From a virus (lineage: Duplodnaviria > Caudoviricetes): a stretch of DNA of 31,764 nucleotides. The DNA lies in the IMG/VR virus record IMGVR_UViG_3300042401_001464, positions 1 to 31,764 of that record; one strand, 5' to 3'. Positions 8,005 to 16,210 of the stretch are shown piece by piece. Position 1 is the stretch's first letter; every line of letters begins with the position of its first letter. The notes under the pieces were generated by a model, which was not told the DNA's origin, searched no databases, and saw only the letters and a program-made list of their open reading frames with translations. A program made the translations under genes and the position numbers.

Positions 8005-8135
8005 TGGTAGGGAGGTGGGATTCGAACCCACGACCACGCGGTTAACAGCCGAAGTAACTCTTCTATTCGGCACTCTTGCGAGGCAAAGTTATAAATGAGT
8101 ATTGTACGTGCTCTACCAACTGAGCTACTCCCTAC
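8005..8135 (-). tRNA. tRNA with GTT (Asn) anticodon interrupted by a 55-nt insert (8052-8106) in the 5' strand of the anticodon stem
   Basis: Canonical D arm (TAGCTCAGTTGGTAGAGC) and T arm; removing the insert restores CGCGG-CTGTTAA-CCGCG. Confidence 0.8.
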
Positions 8136-8138
8136 GTA

Positions 8139-8360
8139 TTATTTTATTCTTACAATCAGTGATCCTGGATTTAGTGGAATCTCCTCTATTTTGAAGTTGT
8201 AGTCTTTCGATACTTCCTTCACAATATTCTTCATACTCTCACTTATACCCGTAACAACCTCAACTTCATAATGTCCTCGCTGTATCATCTGCCAGTAGAA
8301 CTGATCAAGTTTCAATTGTACATCAGCGTGTTTTGTCCCGTGTAAGTCTAATCTGTTCAT
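8139..8360 (-). CDS. Stand-alone Smr (small MutS-related) domain protein
   Basis: LDLHG...VEVVTG...NPGSLIV motifs. Confidence 0.8.
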   Translation of the reverse strand: MNRLDLHGTKHADVQLKLDQFYWQMIQRGHYEVEVVTGISESMKNIVKEVSKDYNFKIEEIPLNPGSLIVRIK

Positions 8361-8380
8361 AAATTATATATTATGTTCTG

Positions 8381-8455
8381 TGACCCCGGTGGGACTTGAA
8401 CCCACGACCCCTCCATTAAAAGTGGAGTGCTCTGAACCAACTGAGCTACGAAGTC
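8381..8455 (-). tRNA. tRNA-Lys(TTT)
   Basis: CTCCA-CT-TTT-AA-TGGAG. Confidence 0.92.
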
Positions 8456-8463
8456 ATAATTTG

Positions 8464-8536
8464 TGTGGATGACAGGAATTGAACCTGCGCGACCCAGATC
8501 TTCAATCTGGTGCTCTACCTGCTGAGCTACATCCAC
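8464..8536 (-). tRNA. tRNA-Phe(GAA)
   Basis: CCAGA-TT-GAA-GA-TCTGG. Confidence 0.9.
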
Positions 8537-8540
8537 GTTT

Positions 8541-8615
8541 TGGTGTCGAACGGGACTTGAACCCGCGACCTCTGGTTCCACAAAACAGCGCTCTGACCGA
8601 CTGAGTTACCGACAC
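8541..8615 (-). tRNA. tRNA-His(GTG), no encoded G-1
   Basis: CTGTT-TT-GTG-GA-ACCAG; C73. Confidence 0.85.
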
Positions 8616-8617
8616 AG

Positions 8618-8690
8618 TGACCCCGGTGGGTTACGATCCCACTCTCCCCATATTAAAAGTATGGTGCTTTCCCGATTAAGCTACGAAGTC
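8618..8690 (-). tRNA. tRNA-Lys(TTT), variant T loop
   Basis: CCATA-CT-TTT-AA-TATGG; T loop ATCGTAA. Confidence 0.88.
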
Positions 8691-8698
8691 ATATTTTG

Positions 8699-8771
8699 CG
8701 CGTCGCCAAGGATTCGAACCCTGACCCTCTGGGTTGGAACCAGAGATGCTAAGCCGTTACACCAACGACGC
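8699..8771 (-). tRNA. tRNA-Trp(CCA)
   Basis: TCTGG-TT-CCA-AC-CCAGA; G73. Confidence 0.88.
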
Positions 8772-8783
8772 TTGTGTTTTTTG

Positions 8784-8855
8784 TTGCCCCGACAGGGATT
8801 GAACCTGTGATCCCCTGATTAAGAGTCAGGTGCTTTACCGCTCAGCTACAAGGCA
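8784..8855 (-). tRNA. tRNA-Lys(CTT)
   Basis: CCTGA-CT-CTT-AA-TCAGG. Confidence 0.9.
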
Positions 8856-8859
8856 ATTT

Positions 8860-8935
8860 TGGTGGAGCCGACGGGTTACGATCCCGTTCCTCTGGATTTT
8901 CAGTCCAGCGCAATGACCACATCTGCCACAGCTCC
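8860..8935 (-). tRNA. tRNA-Phe(GAA), variant T loop
   Basis: CTGGA-CT-GAA-AA-TCCAG; T loop ATCGTAA; encoded CCA. Confidence 0.88.
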
Positions 8936-8944
8936 TTGTTATGT

Positions 8945-9019
8945 TGGGTGCATGAGGAATTTCGAAATCCCGACCTTCGGCTCCACAAACCGACACTCTG
9001 CCTCTGAGCTACACACACC
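8945..9019 (-). tRNA. tRNA-His(GTG)
   Basis: TCGGT-TT-GTG-GA-GCCGA; G-1:C73. Confidence 0.9.
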
Positions 9020-9032
9020 ATATATGTAAACG

Positions 9033-9062
9033 AAAAAACCCAAGTCTTTTGAACTTGGGTTT
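9033..9062 (-). terminator. Attenuator terminator 3, 5' of tRNA-His
   Basis: AAACCCAAGTT-CAAAA-GACTTGGG-TTTTTT. Confidence 0.85.
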
Positions 9063-9082
9063 CTGTTATTTATTGTTATTGT

Positions 9083-9202
9083 CTACAAAGTCGTCAAATC
9101 TTCCGAAAACAAACACAATACTTTTACAGTACCAAGTTCTGATTTATTGCTAAACCACTTGCTTGATTTACTAAAATGCTTATGTGTATTAATTGTTCTC
9201 AT
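9083..9202 (-). CDS. Putative attenuation leader peptide 3, MRTINTHKHFSKSSKWFSNKSELGTVKVLCLFSEDLTTL
   Basis: 39 aa; H/K/F/W/N(+S) run followed by antiterminator GAACTTGG. Confidence 0.8.
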   Translation of the reverse strand: MRTINTHKHFSKSSKWFSNKSELGTVKVLCLFSEDLTTL

Positions 9203-9294
9203 TATTTCTATATATTAAAAATTTATTCTCTCTTTTTTATTTATAGTACAAATTTAGTAAAAGTTTTTAAATTTACCAAGTTTTTTCATTTATT

Positions 9295-9350
9295 TTGTAA
9301 AAAAGTTGAAACTTGTATCTGAATCGTTTCCCATTCCAACTTTTTTACAA
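9295..9350. repeat. Perfect 14-bp inverted repeat (TTGTAAAAAAGTTG / CAACTTTTTTACAA) with a 28-nt spacer
   Basis: Read from the sequence. Confidence 0.8.
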
Positions 9351-9391
9351 ATTTATGGGCTTTTTCCGTTCTACCTAATTTTATAGGTTTT

Positions 9392-9426
9392 AAAAACAAA
9401 AGTCATAAATAAATTTATGACTTTTG
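9392..9426 (-). terminator. Terminator-like hairpin downstream of the lysozyme gene
   Basis: CAAAAGTCATAAA-TTTA-TTTATGACTTTTG-TTTTT. Confidence 0.65.
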
Positions 9427-9514
9427 AAAAAAAAAATTTTATAACTATGACTCAAATAATAGGGTTATTATCATCAATGTATATATTATAATTTAAATGT
9501 CCCTTTTGATATTT

Positions 9515-9973
9515 TTATTTTTTAAAATATAAATCAGCTTCTGCTGTTCTTCTTGTTACTAAACCTTTCAAAACTTTACCGCCTCCTTTTGTCCATTTCA
9601 TGAACTCTGCTCTAATAGTCTCATCATTTGCATTTGCGTTAACTTTTTTCAACAACGTTGATGATTTTAAGTTTGCTGGTCCCACATTGTAACAAAATGA
9701 TACGATTGCGTCAAATTGGTTTTGAGTTATTGTGTCTATGCAATAAGAATCTACATATTGTTCAAATTTCTCTAAACTTTGTTTCAACATCTCAACTGCT
9801 TTTTGTTCTGTTATTGGTTTGTCATTAAGTGTTACTTTTTTACCATTTTTATAAAACGTATTCCCGTATCCGATAGTGGGAATTTTTGCGGGACATAGAT
9901 AAGGTTTTAGACTAAGTCCTTCGAATCTTTTTATTAATTCTATACCATTATCTGAAATTTTTGTAATTCTCAT
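9515..9973 (-). CDS. Phage lysozyme / endolysin (GH24)
   Basis: IKRFEG..PYLCPAKIPTIGYG; QFDAIVSFCYNVG; GLVTRRTAE. Confidence 0.95.
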   Translation of the reverse strand: MRITKISDNGIELIKRFEGLSLKPYLCPAKIPTIGYGNTFYKNGKKVTLNDKPITEQKAVEMLKQSLEKFEQYVDSYCIDTITQNQFDAIVSFCYNVGPANLKSSTLLKKVNANANDETIRAEFMKWTKGGGKVLKGLVTRRTAEADLYFKK

Positions 9974-10557
9974 AATAATTTTTTATTTTTTGAGCCGTCA
10001 TTTGCGTATTTTATACCCATAATTGTACCTACGATGGAGAATGCATTTGTCAGTAGTATACTTACTAAGTTACTCCATGCTGGTCCTATTATGTTTGTTT
10101 CTTTATTTAGTATTATTGCAACTATATAAAGTGATGTTGCTACAACACCAACACCTATTATTATCCATATTGAAACTTTTACAACTGTGTTTATAAGTTC
10201 ATATTGTGTTCTTTTACGTATTATTTCTAAGTCTTCCTCAGCAACCTCTTTGGCCTTTATTGCGTTTTGTTTAGCTATTTCTGCGATGTTTAATGCATTT
10301 TTCAGTTCCTCACCTATCCTTACATTTTCATCTTTCCATTCTAACAATTCTCTATTTTGTGTTTGTATTTGTTTTGTTATAACTAATCTTTTTCTTCGAT
10401 TGTTTTTATCCTTATCTGTTGCAATTTTAATATATTCTTTGAATTCTAAATCTGTATCATCTGTTTCAATTACTTTAAGAATATTACCTTCCAAATAGAT
10501 ATTATTTATCTTGGCTAATTCGAGAAGGTCTTTCTTTGTATCTTTACAGAGTTTCAT
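9970..10557 (-). CDS. Coiled-coil protein with 2 C-terminal TM helices (holin or lysis-regulator candidate)
   Basis: Hydrophobic segments; ATGA overlap with lysozyme. Confidence 0.6.
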   Translation of the reverse strand: MKLCKDTKKDLLELAKINNIYLEGNILKVIETDDTDLEFKEYIKIATDKDKNNRRKRLVITKQIQTQNRELLEWKDENVRIGEELKNALNIAEIAKQNAIKAKEVAEEDLEIIRKRTQYELINTVVKVSIWIIIGVGVVATSLYIVAIILNKETNIIGPAWSNLVSILLTNAFSIVGTIMGIKYANDGSKNKKLL

Positions 10558-10988
10558 TATTTATATATTTTGAAATTTGCAGTCCTGTTCACATAAGATG
10601 GATAGTCCTTTTTAAATTCTTCTAGTCTTGGTTCTATATCATCATTCTTTATTATCCAAAATTGTGCACCTGCTTGTAGTGCTTTGGCTTGTTCGGTTGC
10701 TTCATTTGAAGATGAGATGATGCCTATAACAACGTGATTTCCATATTCAAAGTTTATTCTTCTGACTAATTCTATTCCGTCAAATGTAGAGCCTATTATA
10801 TTTAAGTCTACAAATACACAAACTGGTCTTCCTGTTGGATTTTTGTGCCATTTTGAGAATTTATTGGATGCCTCATCAGCGCTATCTATACATTCTAATG
10901 TAAGTGAAATATCGAGTAGACTACAAGCGTCTTCAAAAACTAAGTGAAATAGAGACTCATCGTCTACGAGTAGTATTGAATCAATCAT
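10557..10988 (-). CDS. Stand-alone response-regulator receiver domain
   Basis: ILLVDDE; VFVDLN (phospho-Asp); DGIEL; IISSS; WIIK. Confidence 0.9.
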   Translation of the reverse strand: MIDSILLVDDESLFHLVFEDACSLLDISLTLECIDSADEASNKFSKWHKNPTGRPVCVFVDLNIIGSTFDGIELVRRINFEYGNHVVIGIISSSNEATEQAKALQAGAQFWIIKNDDIEPRLEEFKKDYPSYVNRTANFKIYK

Positions 10989-12759
10989 TTTTATATTTTA
11001 TTTTTATTTTAGTACCACCAATGTCTACCTTTTCACATGACACTTTGAATCCATGTTCTTTAAGTATTGCAATGCAGATATTAAGTCCTAAACCAGTTCC
11101 TGATTCCTTTTGGTCAGCTTTTCGCGCATATGGTTTAGAGTATATATCAAATTCTTCTTGTGTTAGTCCACGTCCGTTGTCTTGTATGGCTATTGTATCA
11201 TCGGTATCGTGATATATTTTAACTATTCTGGTTGGACTGTCATTGTATTTTAGACCATTTCTTATTAGATTATCTATTGCCGTACAAAATAGAGATTCGT
11301 TAACTTCGATAGTTGGTAAATTATCAGATAATATAACTGCTTCTTTGTATGCGGTTGATTCTAAATATCGGTTAAGTATTTCTTTTATATTATATGGTTC
11401 AATTTCCAGTACACTATCCTTTTTTACCAGATTTGTAAATTCATACACACCTTTATAAACACGTTGTGTGTGAGTGAGTCCTTCTTTTAGAAGTCTTATT
11501 GGTGCCTCTAATTTATATTCTTTTATTATTTCTGGTTTTAGTCTTCGTATCAATGAGTTTATTCCTTTTGGAATATAGGTATTTATACCTGAGTGCATAT
11601 CGTGTCTCAATATTTTGGCGGCGTGTTCTAAGTATGTGTTTTTCTTTTCGATTTCAATTGATGCATCAACGATTTTGGTTACGTCTTGTCTAATTGATGT
11701 GAATCCGATATGTTCATTAGTTTCTGGATCAAAATCTGCCTTTATATAGGTATCTACAAAATAGTGATGTCCATCTTTTGACTTATTGGTAACAACCTCG
11801 TTCCATATTTCTCTTTTGTTTATTGTGGTTGTGTACATATTTTTCCAAAATTCTTTGTTATGTATACCGGAGCTCAATATTTGATGGTCTTTACCCATAA
11901 CTTCTTTAGTTTTCCATCCTGAAACTTTTGTAAATTTTTCATTGACATAAGTTATTCTACCTCTTTTGTTTGTTTTGGAGACCAACATTGCAGTGTCCAT
12001 AAAATTCTCAATTTCTACAAGATTTTTTTTAGTATCATTACCATCTGCAATTGACCATGAGAATGAGTATAATGATGATAATACTTGTGCGAAATTAACT
12101 TCGGTGTCTATCCAATTTCTTTTGGTGTAACTCTCAATACAAATAACACCTATTGTTTCACCTCTGAATAAAATTGGTACATCTATTAGAGATTTTATAC
12201 CAAGTGGTTTTAGATAGCTTTCGTGTAGACATTCTGTTGCTAAATTTGTTTCTGCATCGTCTGCAACTATAACTGGGTTGGTTAGTAATTCATTGAAATA
12301 TGATAGATAATCACTATATTCTAAACTACCACCCGTTGACCAATCATTATCGGATAATTTATAGAGCATATCCAATTCAATTGATTTAGTTTGATCGTTA
12401 TACAACCAAATTCCACATCTATCAACACCTAAATTTTCAACAACATCTTTGGTTAATATTTTTGAACATTCTAATAAATCGCCATCGTAAAAAACTGGAT
12501 TATGTGATTGGTTTATAAGTGTTAAATTTAATTTATTTGTATAATTATTTAATTTTTCCGCATCTTGTGCTCTTATTAGGTGATCTCTTACCATTCTAAA
12601 GAAAAATGGTAGGGTTGATAAAAAAAATAATATTTCGATTGTTTTTGTACTTGATGAAGTTTCTAATATATCGGTCAACATAAGTAACTTTAGTATAAGG
12701 TAACCCACGGAAAAGGCACTTGTCATTATTATGTTTGTGAGTGTTCTTTTACTAATCAT
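10981..12759 (-). CDS. Membrane sensor histidine kinase (TM-GAF-PAS-HisKA-HATPase)
   Basis: GAF (GIKSLIDVPI..GVICIE); PAS (GRITYVNEKF); H box LRHD; N box NLIRNGLKY; DNGRG; GTGLGL. Confidence 0.93.
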   Translation of the reverse strand: MISKRTLTNIIMTSAFSVGYLILKLLMLTDILETSSSTKTIEILFFLSTLPFFFRMVRDHLIRAQDAEKLNNYTNKLNLTLINQSHNPVFYDGDLLECSKILTKDVVENLGVDRCGIWLYNDQTKSIELDMLYKLSDNDWSTGGSLEYSDYLSYFNELLTNPVIVADDAETNLATECLHESYLKPLGIKSLIDVPILFRGETIGVICIESYTKRNWIDTEVNFAQVLSSLYSFSWSIADGNDTKKNLVEIENFMDTAMLVSKTNKRGRITYVNEKFTKVSGWKTKEVMGKDHQILSSGIHNKEFWKNMYTTTINKREIWNEVVTNKSKDGHHYFVDTYIKADFDPETNEHIGFTSIRQDVTKIVDASIEIEKKNTYLEHAAKILRHDMHSGINTYIPKGINSLIRRLKPEIIKEYKLEAPIRLLKEGLTHTQRVYKGVYEFTNLVKKDSVLEIEPYNIKEILNRYLESTAYKEAVILSDNLPTIEVNESLFCTAIDNLIRNGLKYNDSPTRIVKIYHDTDDTIAIQDNGRGLTQEEFDIYSKPYARKADQKESGTGLGLNICIAILKEHGFKVSCEKVDIGGTKIKIKYKND

Positions 12760-12800
12760 AACTTATATTTTTTATTAGAATATATATAAATATTTAAATG

Positions 12801-12830
12801 AAAAAAACCGACAATAAATGTCGGTTTTTT
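12801..12830. terminator. Intrinsic terminator
   Basis: aaaaaaaccgaca-ataaa-tgtcggtttttt. Confidence 0.8.
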
Positions 12831-12843
12831 ATTTTACTATAAA

Positions 12844-12972
12844 CTAAAAATTAAATATCAATTTACCGAGTCTTATAGATTTTGTTTCAAAATCTGATAG
12901 TGTTGTTTTATTACTTATTACGAAATCTGCATCTTCCTTAGGTATATTGAAAGATAATTTTTCCTTTTTTAC
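12844..12972 (-). pseudogene. Start-less C-terminal gene remnant resembling the end of phage dNMP-kinase-like proteins
   Basis: VKKEKLSFNIPKEDADFVISNKTTLSDFETKSIRLGKLIFNF*; resemblance is from memory only. Confidence 0.45.
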
Positions 12973-13769
12973 CTGATCACAGAATTATAATCTTCATAAT
13001 ATTTAAATTTGAATTTTTTACATTTATTTTTTTTACTTACTAGACAAGCATATTGTATAGCACCACCGGTTACATTTATATATTCCCCTGCCTCTTTTGC
13101 GGATGAAAAATCTCTTATAAAATTCCAATCTAAATCAAACATCATAACTTTTTTTGATTTAATACTAACCTGACCCTTTTTAAATGATCCTGAATTTGTT
13201 TTTATGTTTTTATAAAACCTTTCATCAATCAATTCTTTAATATCTTTATTTGATAAATTTAACAAATAATCTTTATAAAACCAAGTGATGTCTTTAATCG
13301 TTTTTGATCTATTATTTGGATTACAACATCCGCTTATGGTTTTTCTATTTAAATTTAGAAAATTACTAGCTTCTGTACAGGTGTCAAACTCATATACTTT
13401 TTCATAAAATTTATTATAACCAATAACCTTTTTACCACCTTGTCCTTTTTTAAAGGATGTTTTATTAGCAAATGTACATCCATCACCACCCTCTGTATAA
13501 TTTATTAAATTGAATCCCCAGGTTTTTATTAGTGATATCCAAAATGTCTCCCAGAATTGCCAATTGTTAATAGGTACAGTATCAATAATTTCTATTATTG
13601 GCTTTAATCCTTGTTTTTTTAGTTTACTTAACCAATTTCTTTTATGTGTTTGATCACTTTTTGAAAAATTCAAGTGGTTTTTTAATCTATTTTTAGGGTT
13701 ATTTGATTTACCAACATATCTAATTTCATCAGTCGTTGGATCTATTAGTATATAAATATATGTTTCCAT
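12969..13769 (-). mobile_element. GIY-YIG homing endonuclease with NUMOD-type DNA-binding repeats
   Basis: YIY..IRYVGKS..RLKNH; conserved E and N (NYTEGGDG); SFKKGQ x2; FxSAKEA-type HTH repeats. Confidence 0.85.
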
Positions 13770-13799
13770 ATGTTATATATAAATGTCTTGCATCCCCCA

Positions 13800-14222
13800 T
13801 TATAAGTTTTCTTCTGTATCTATATCTTTATCTATATCTATATCTTTTGATTTGGATTTTATTTTTTTCTCAATCTTTGGTTTATTTTCATTGTGTTTGG
13901 ATAATTTAATATAAAGACATTCAATCTCCTCAAATGATAAATTTGCTTTTTTACCATTTATGTCAATAGTACATGCGACTACATTACCTTCTATATAACC
14001 TTTTTCGGAGTCTATACGATCAAATGATCTGGCTAATGTACCTTCTTCTGTAAATGGTAGACCTGTGTAATAACAATTTTTGTATTCTAATAAATTTCTT
14101 ACGTATTCGAAACTTAGATTGAAATCGATTTTTCTATCTTGTGCACTTTGGTAAATATTGATGAGTTTTTTTGCGACTTCTACATCAGATAGAGTATTTT
14201 TTGAATTATTTTTTTTACTCAT
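13800..14222 (-). CDS. His-Me/HNH-like protein, resembles the T4 Srd family
   Basis: RKIDFNLSF..CYYTG..SFDRIDSEKGYIEGNVVAC..N. Confidence 0.65.
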   Translation of the reverse strand: MSKKNNSKNTLSDVEVAKKLINIYQSAQDRKIDFNLSFEYVRNLLEYKNCYYTGLPFTEEGTLARSFDRIDSEKGYIEGNVVACTIDINGKKANLSFEEIECLYIKLSKHNENKPKIEKKIKSKSKDIDIDKDIDTEENL

Positions 14223-14237
14223 GATTATTATAATTTT

Positions 14238-14465
14238 CTATCCACCGTAAACATCTGTTACGATGTTATTTTTAATTCTGAAATTCAATCTATTACTTTT
14301 ATTATCTAATTCATAGATAAATGAATTTCCATTTTCTTCAACTATACGTGTAATGAAGCCACCTTCTTCAGCATAATTTTTGGCATCTTGGTATGTCTTT
14401 CCAACATATTCGTTTTGTGATATAATTCCGTTATTTCTCATTTTTTTATTTTTTTTATTTTTCAA
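14238..14465 (-). CDS. Small protein resembling the peptidase inhibitor I78 / potato inhibitor I fold
   Basis: YVGK..A....RIV......D...NRLNF......V..VYGG. Confidence 0.55.
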   Translation of the reverse strand: MKNKKNKKMRNNGIISQNEYVGKTYQDAKNYAEEGGFITRIVEENGNSFIYELDNKSNRLNFRIKNNIVTDVYGG

Positions 14466-14946
14466 ACAATGTGTCTAAATTGTTTTCTCTTATAAGTCCG
14501 GATTCGAAGTAGATATCCGTTACTGCTTTATTTAGAAATTCTTTATTTTTTTCTATTATGACATTTTCGAGTTCTATCATAGTTTGTTTGAATATCTCTT
14601 TATCTTCGAAATAATTACGTCCGCTATGTCCGTATGTAAATGAAAATCCCTCATCATCTATCTCAATCTCAAGATACCTATCGTCACTATATCCTGTTAC
14701 TTTACCACTCATCATTTGCTTTACATCCCTACAGTTTATATACATTCTGTCACCTCTTACGTCTATTGAAGTTCCTATCTGTTCGACAATCTTGTTTATA
14801 AATGCCCTCATTGTTCTACTGATCTCTTGATTATATGGTGCTCTATATACAGACTCTTTTGTCGTCATACACTTATCACTTTCCGTGATTTTCTTCATTT
14901 CCTTTACAATCGCTTTGGCGACTTTCTTTTTGATTACTTTCTTCAT
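14455..14946 (-). CDS. Hypothetical protein
   Basis: 163-aa ORF ending IRENNLDTLFEK. Confidence 0.75.
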   Translation of the reverse strand: MKKVIKKKVAKAIVKEMKKITESDKCMTTKESVYRAPYNQEISRTMRAFINKIVEQIGTSIDVRGDRMYINCRDVKQMMSGKVTGYSDDRYLEIEIDDEGFSFTYGHSGRNYFEDKEIFKQTMIELENVIIEKNKEFLNKAVTDIYFESGLIRENNLDTLFEK

Positions 14947-15035
14947 TTTGGTCCCATTCCTTTTTCGTTAATATCTCGAAGTGCATAGTTTACTTCGGTA
15001 AAAAATTCAAAAATCTTTTTAAATATATTTCTCAT
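14943..15035 (-). CDS. Possible 30-aa peptide (MRNIFKKIFEFF...)
   Basis: ATGA overlap with the next gene. Confidence 0.35.
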   Translation of the reverse strand: MRNIFKKIFEFFTEVNYALRDINEKGMGPK

Positions 15036-15083
15036 AACTTTTATATGTTTGTAAAAGATTTTTGTTTTTTTATATATAGAAGT

Positions 15084-15890
15084 ATGAAGCATATGAAAAA
15101 AATTTTCGAGGCGTACAATGAAGTGCAGGCGAAGGCGGTAGCTGATAAGGTCACCGAACTACGCGACCACTACAAGTCGCTTGACGAGGTTTCGTCCGCG
15201 AACCACCTGATGTACGAGGTCTTCGATATGACGCATACGGTGGAACCGTATTTGTCACTGTACTTCCCAGAGGAGGCACACGAAGGCTGGATCTGGACCA
15301 ACAGGGGAGGAATTTCCTACACATCCATAGAGTTGAACGCCAAAGTCACTGATGGAATGGCCGAGAAGTTCGACAAAAAGATACAGAAGCTTTCCGAACA
15401 GAAAGAGGTCGAGCTTGTCGTGGACTACGATATGTTGATTGGTCAGGGTAGCGATAGGGGTAGAATTGACTGGTGGCAACGTAAGTCACACGATTTGAAA
15501 GTGGAGCAGATTGCCGAGATACTTGACCAGGTCGAGAGAATAGAAACGGTCGCAGGCGGTGTTGCTGTACTCGAGTTCGATAGCTACTACTCCAAGCCTT
15601 CTACGTCAATGTCGGCAACTAGGTCCACTTCTAAAAAGCTTATACTAATCTCGACAGACCCGATTTACCAGAAGTGGAAGAAGTTCATACCGAATGCTAC
15701 TGCTAAATTCATAAAACTTAGGAGGATAACCTTCCTGTTCAAAGTTGGTGTCAAAGTGGTCTCGGAAGACTTCGGTGTGGTTGTTCCAAAGTCGGTGATT
15801 GCGGACTTCAAAAGTTTCTGTGACGAGCACAAGCTCGGCTTCGAGTCTAGGAAGAGGTTGGCTGCCATAGTCGCGGCAGCGAAGGGTTAG
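15084..15890 (+). CDS. Hypothetical protein, GC-richer than its flanks
   Basis: Start moved to MKHMKKIFEAYNE, just after TTTATATATA. Confidence 0.75.
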   Translation: MKHMKKIFEAYNEVQAKAVADKVTELRDHYKSLDEVSSANHLMYEVFDMTHTVEPYLSLYFPEEAHEGWIWTNRGGISYTSIELNAKVTDGMAEKFDKKIQKLSEQKEVELVVDYDMLIGQGSDRGRIDWWQRKSHDLKVEQIAEILDQVERIETVAGGVAVLEFDSYYSKPSTSMSATRSTSKKLILISTDPIYQKWKKFIPNATAKFIKLRRITFLFKVGVKVVSEDFGVVVPKSVIADFKSFCDEHKLGFESRKRLAAIVAAAKG

Positions 15891-16210
15891 GCCCACATGA
15901 ACTCCTCTGTATCGTCTGATTTTAGAAGGTCGTCGATTCTATTTTCTCTCAAATGCTTCTGCATCTCTTTCCTTGCCTTTATCATCGAGTTGTAGGTGTT
16001 TATCCACCAACTTGGAATTTCTGGTTGGTCTATGAAGTCGTCGAGATCCTTTTCGGTGAAAACCTGTCCTTGTCCGTCGATGTAGAATTTGGCGTAGACG
16101 ACTATTTCACCTCTACAAGTCTTGCATATTTCGATTGTCATATTTTCCTTTATCGGGACAACCGTCTCGAGAACGAAGAGGGTTACGTTTTTCAGTGGTA
16201 TTACTTTCAT
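15887..16210 (-). CDS. Hypothetical protein
   Basis: 107-aa ORF; LRENRIDDLL motif. Confidence 0.7.
   Translation of the reverse strand: MKVIPLKNVTLFVLETVVPIKENMTIEICKTCRGEIVVYAKFYIDGQGQVFTEKDLDDFIDQPEIPSWWINTYNSMIKARKEMQKHLRENRIDDLLKSDDTEEFMWA

Noticed and set aside
6200-8581. Track ORFs 6200..6493, 6517..6897, 6916..7230, 6924..7169, 8357..8581 (also 30808..31188, 31474..31674)
   Set aside because: They overlap tRNA genes or real CDSs; spurious frames
6640-9256. T-box riboswitch explanation for the leaders
   Set aside because: Leaders are short, lack stem I and the UGGNACC T-box bulge, and instead contain codon-matched ORFs
12844-13800. Group I intron around the GIY-YIG gene
   Set aside because: Flanks are too short and show no P3-P7 core
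13817-13846. tatatc-like microsatellite
   Set aside because: Simply encodes the low-complexity KDIDIDKDID tail
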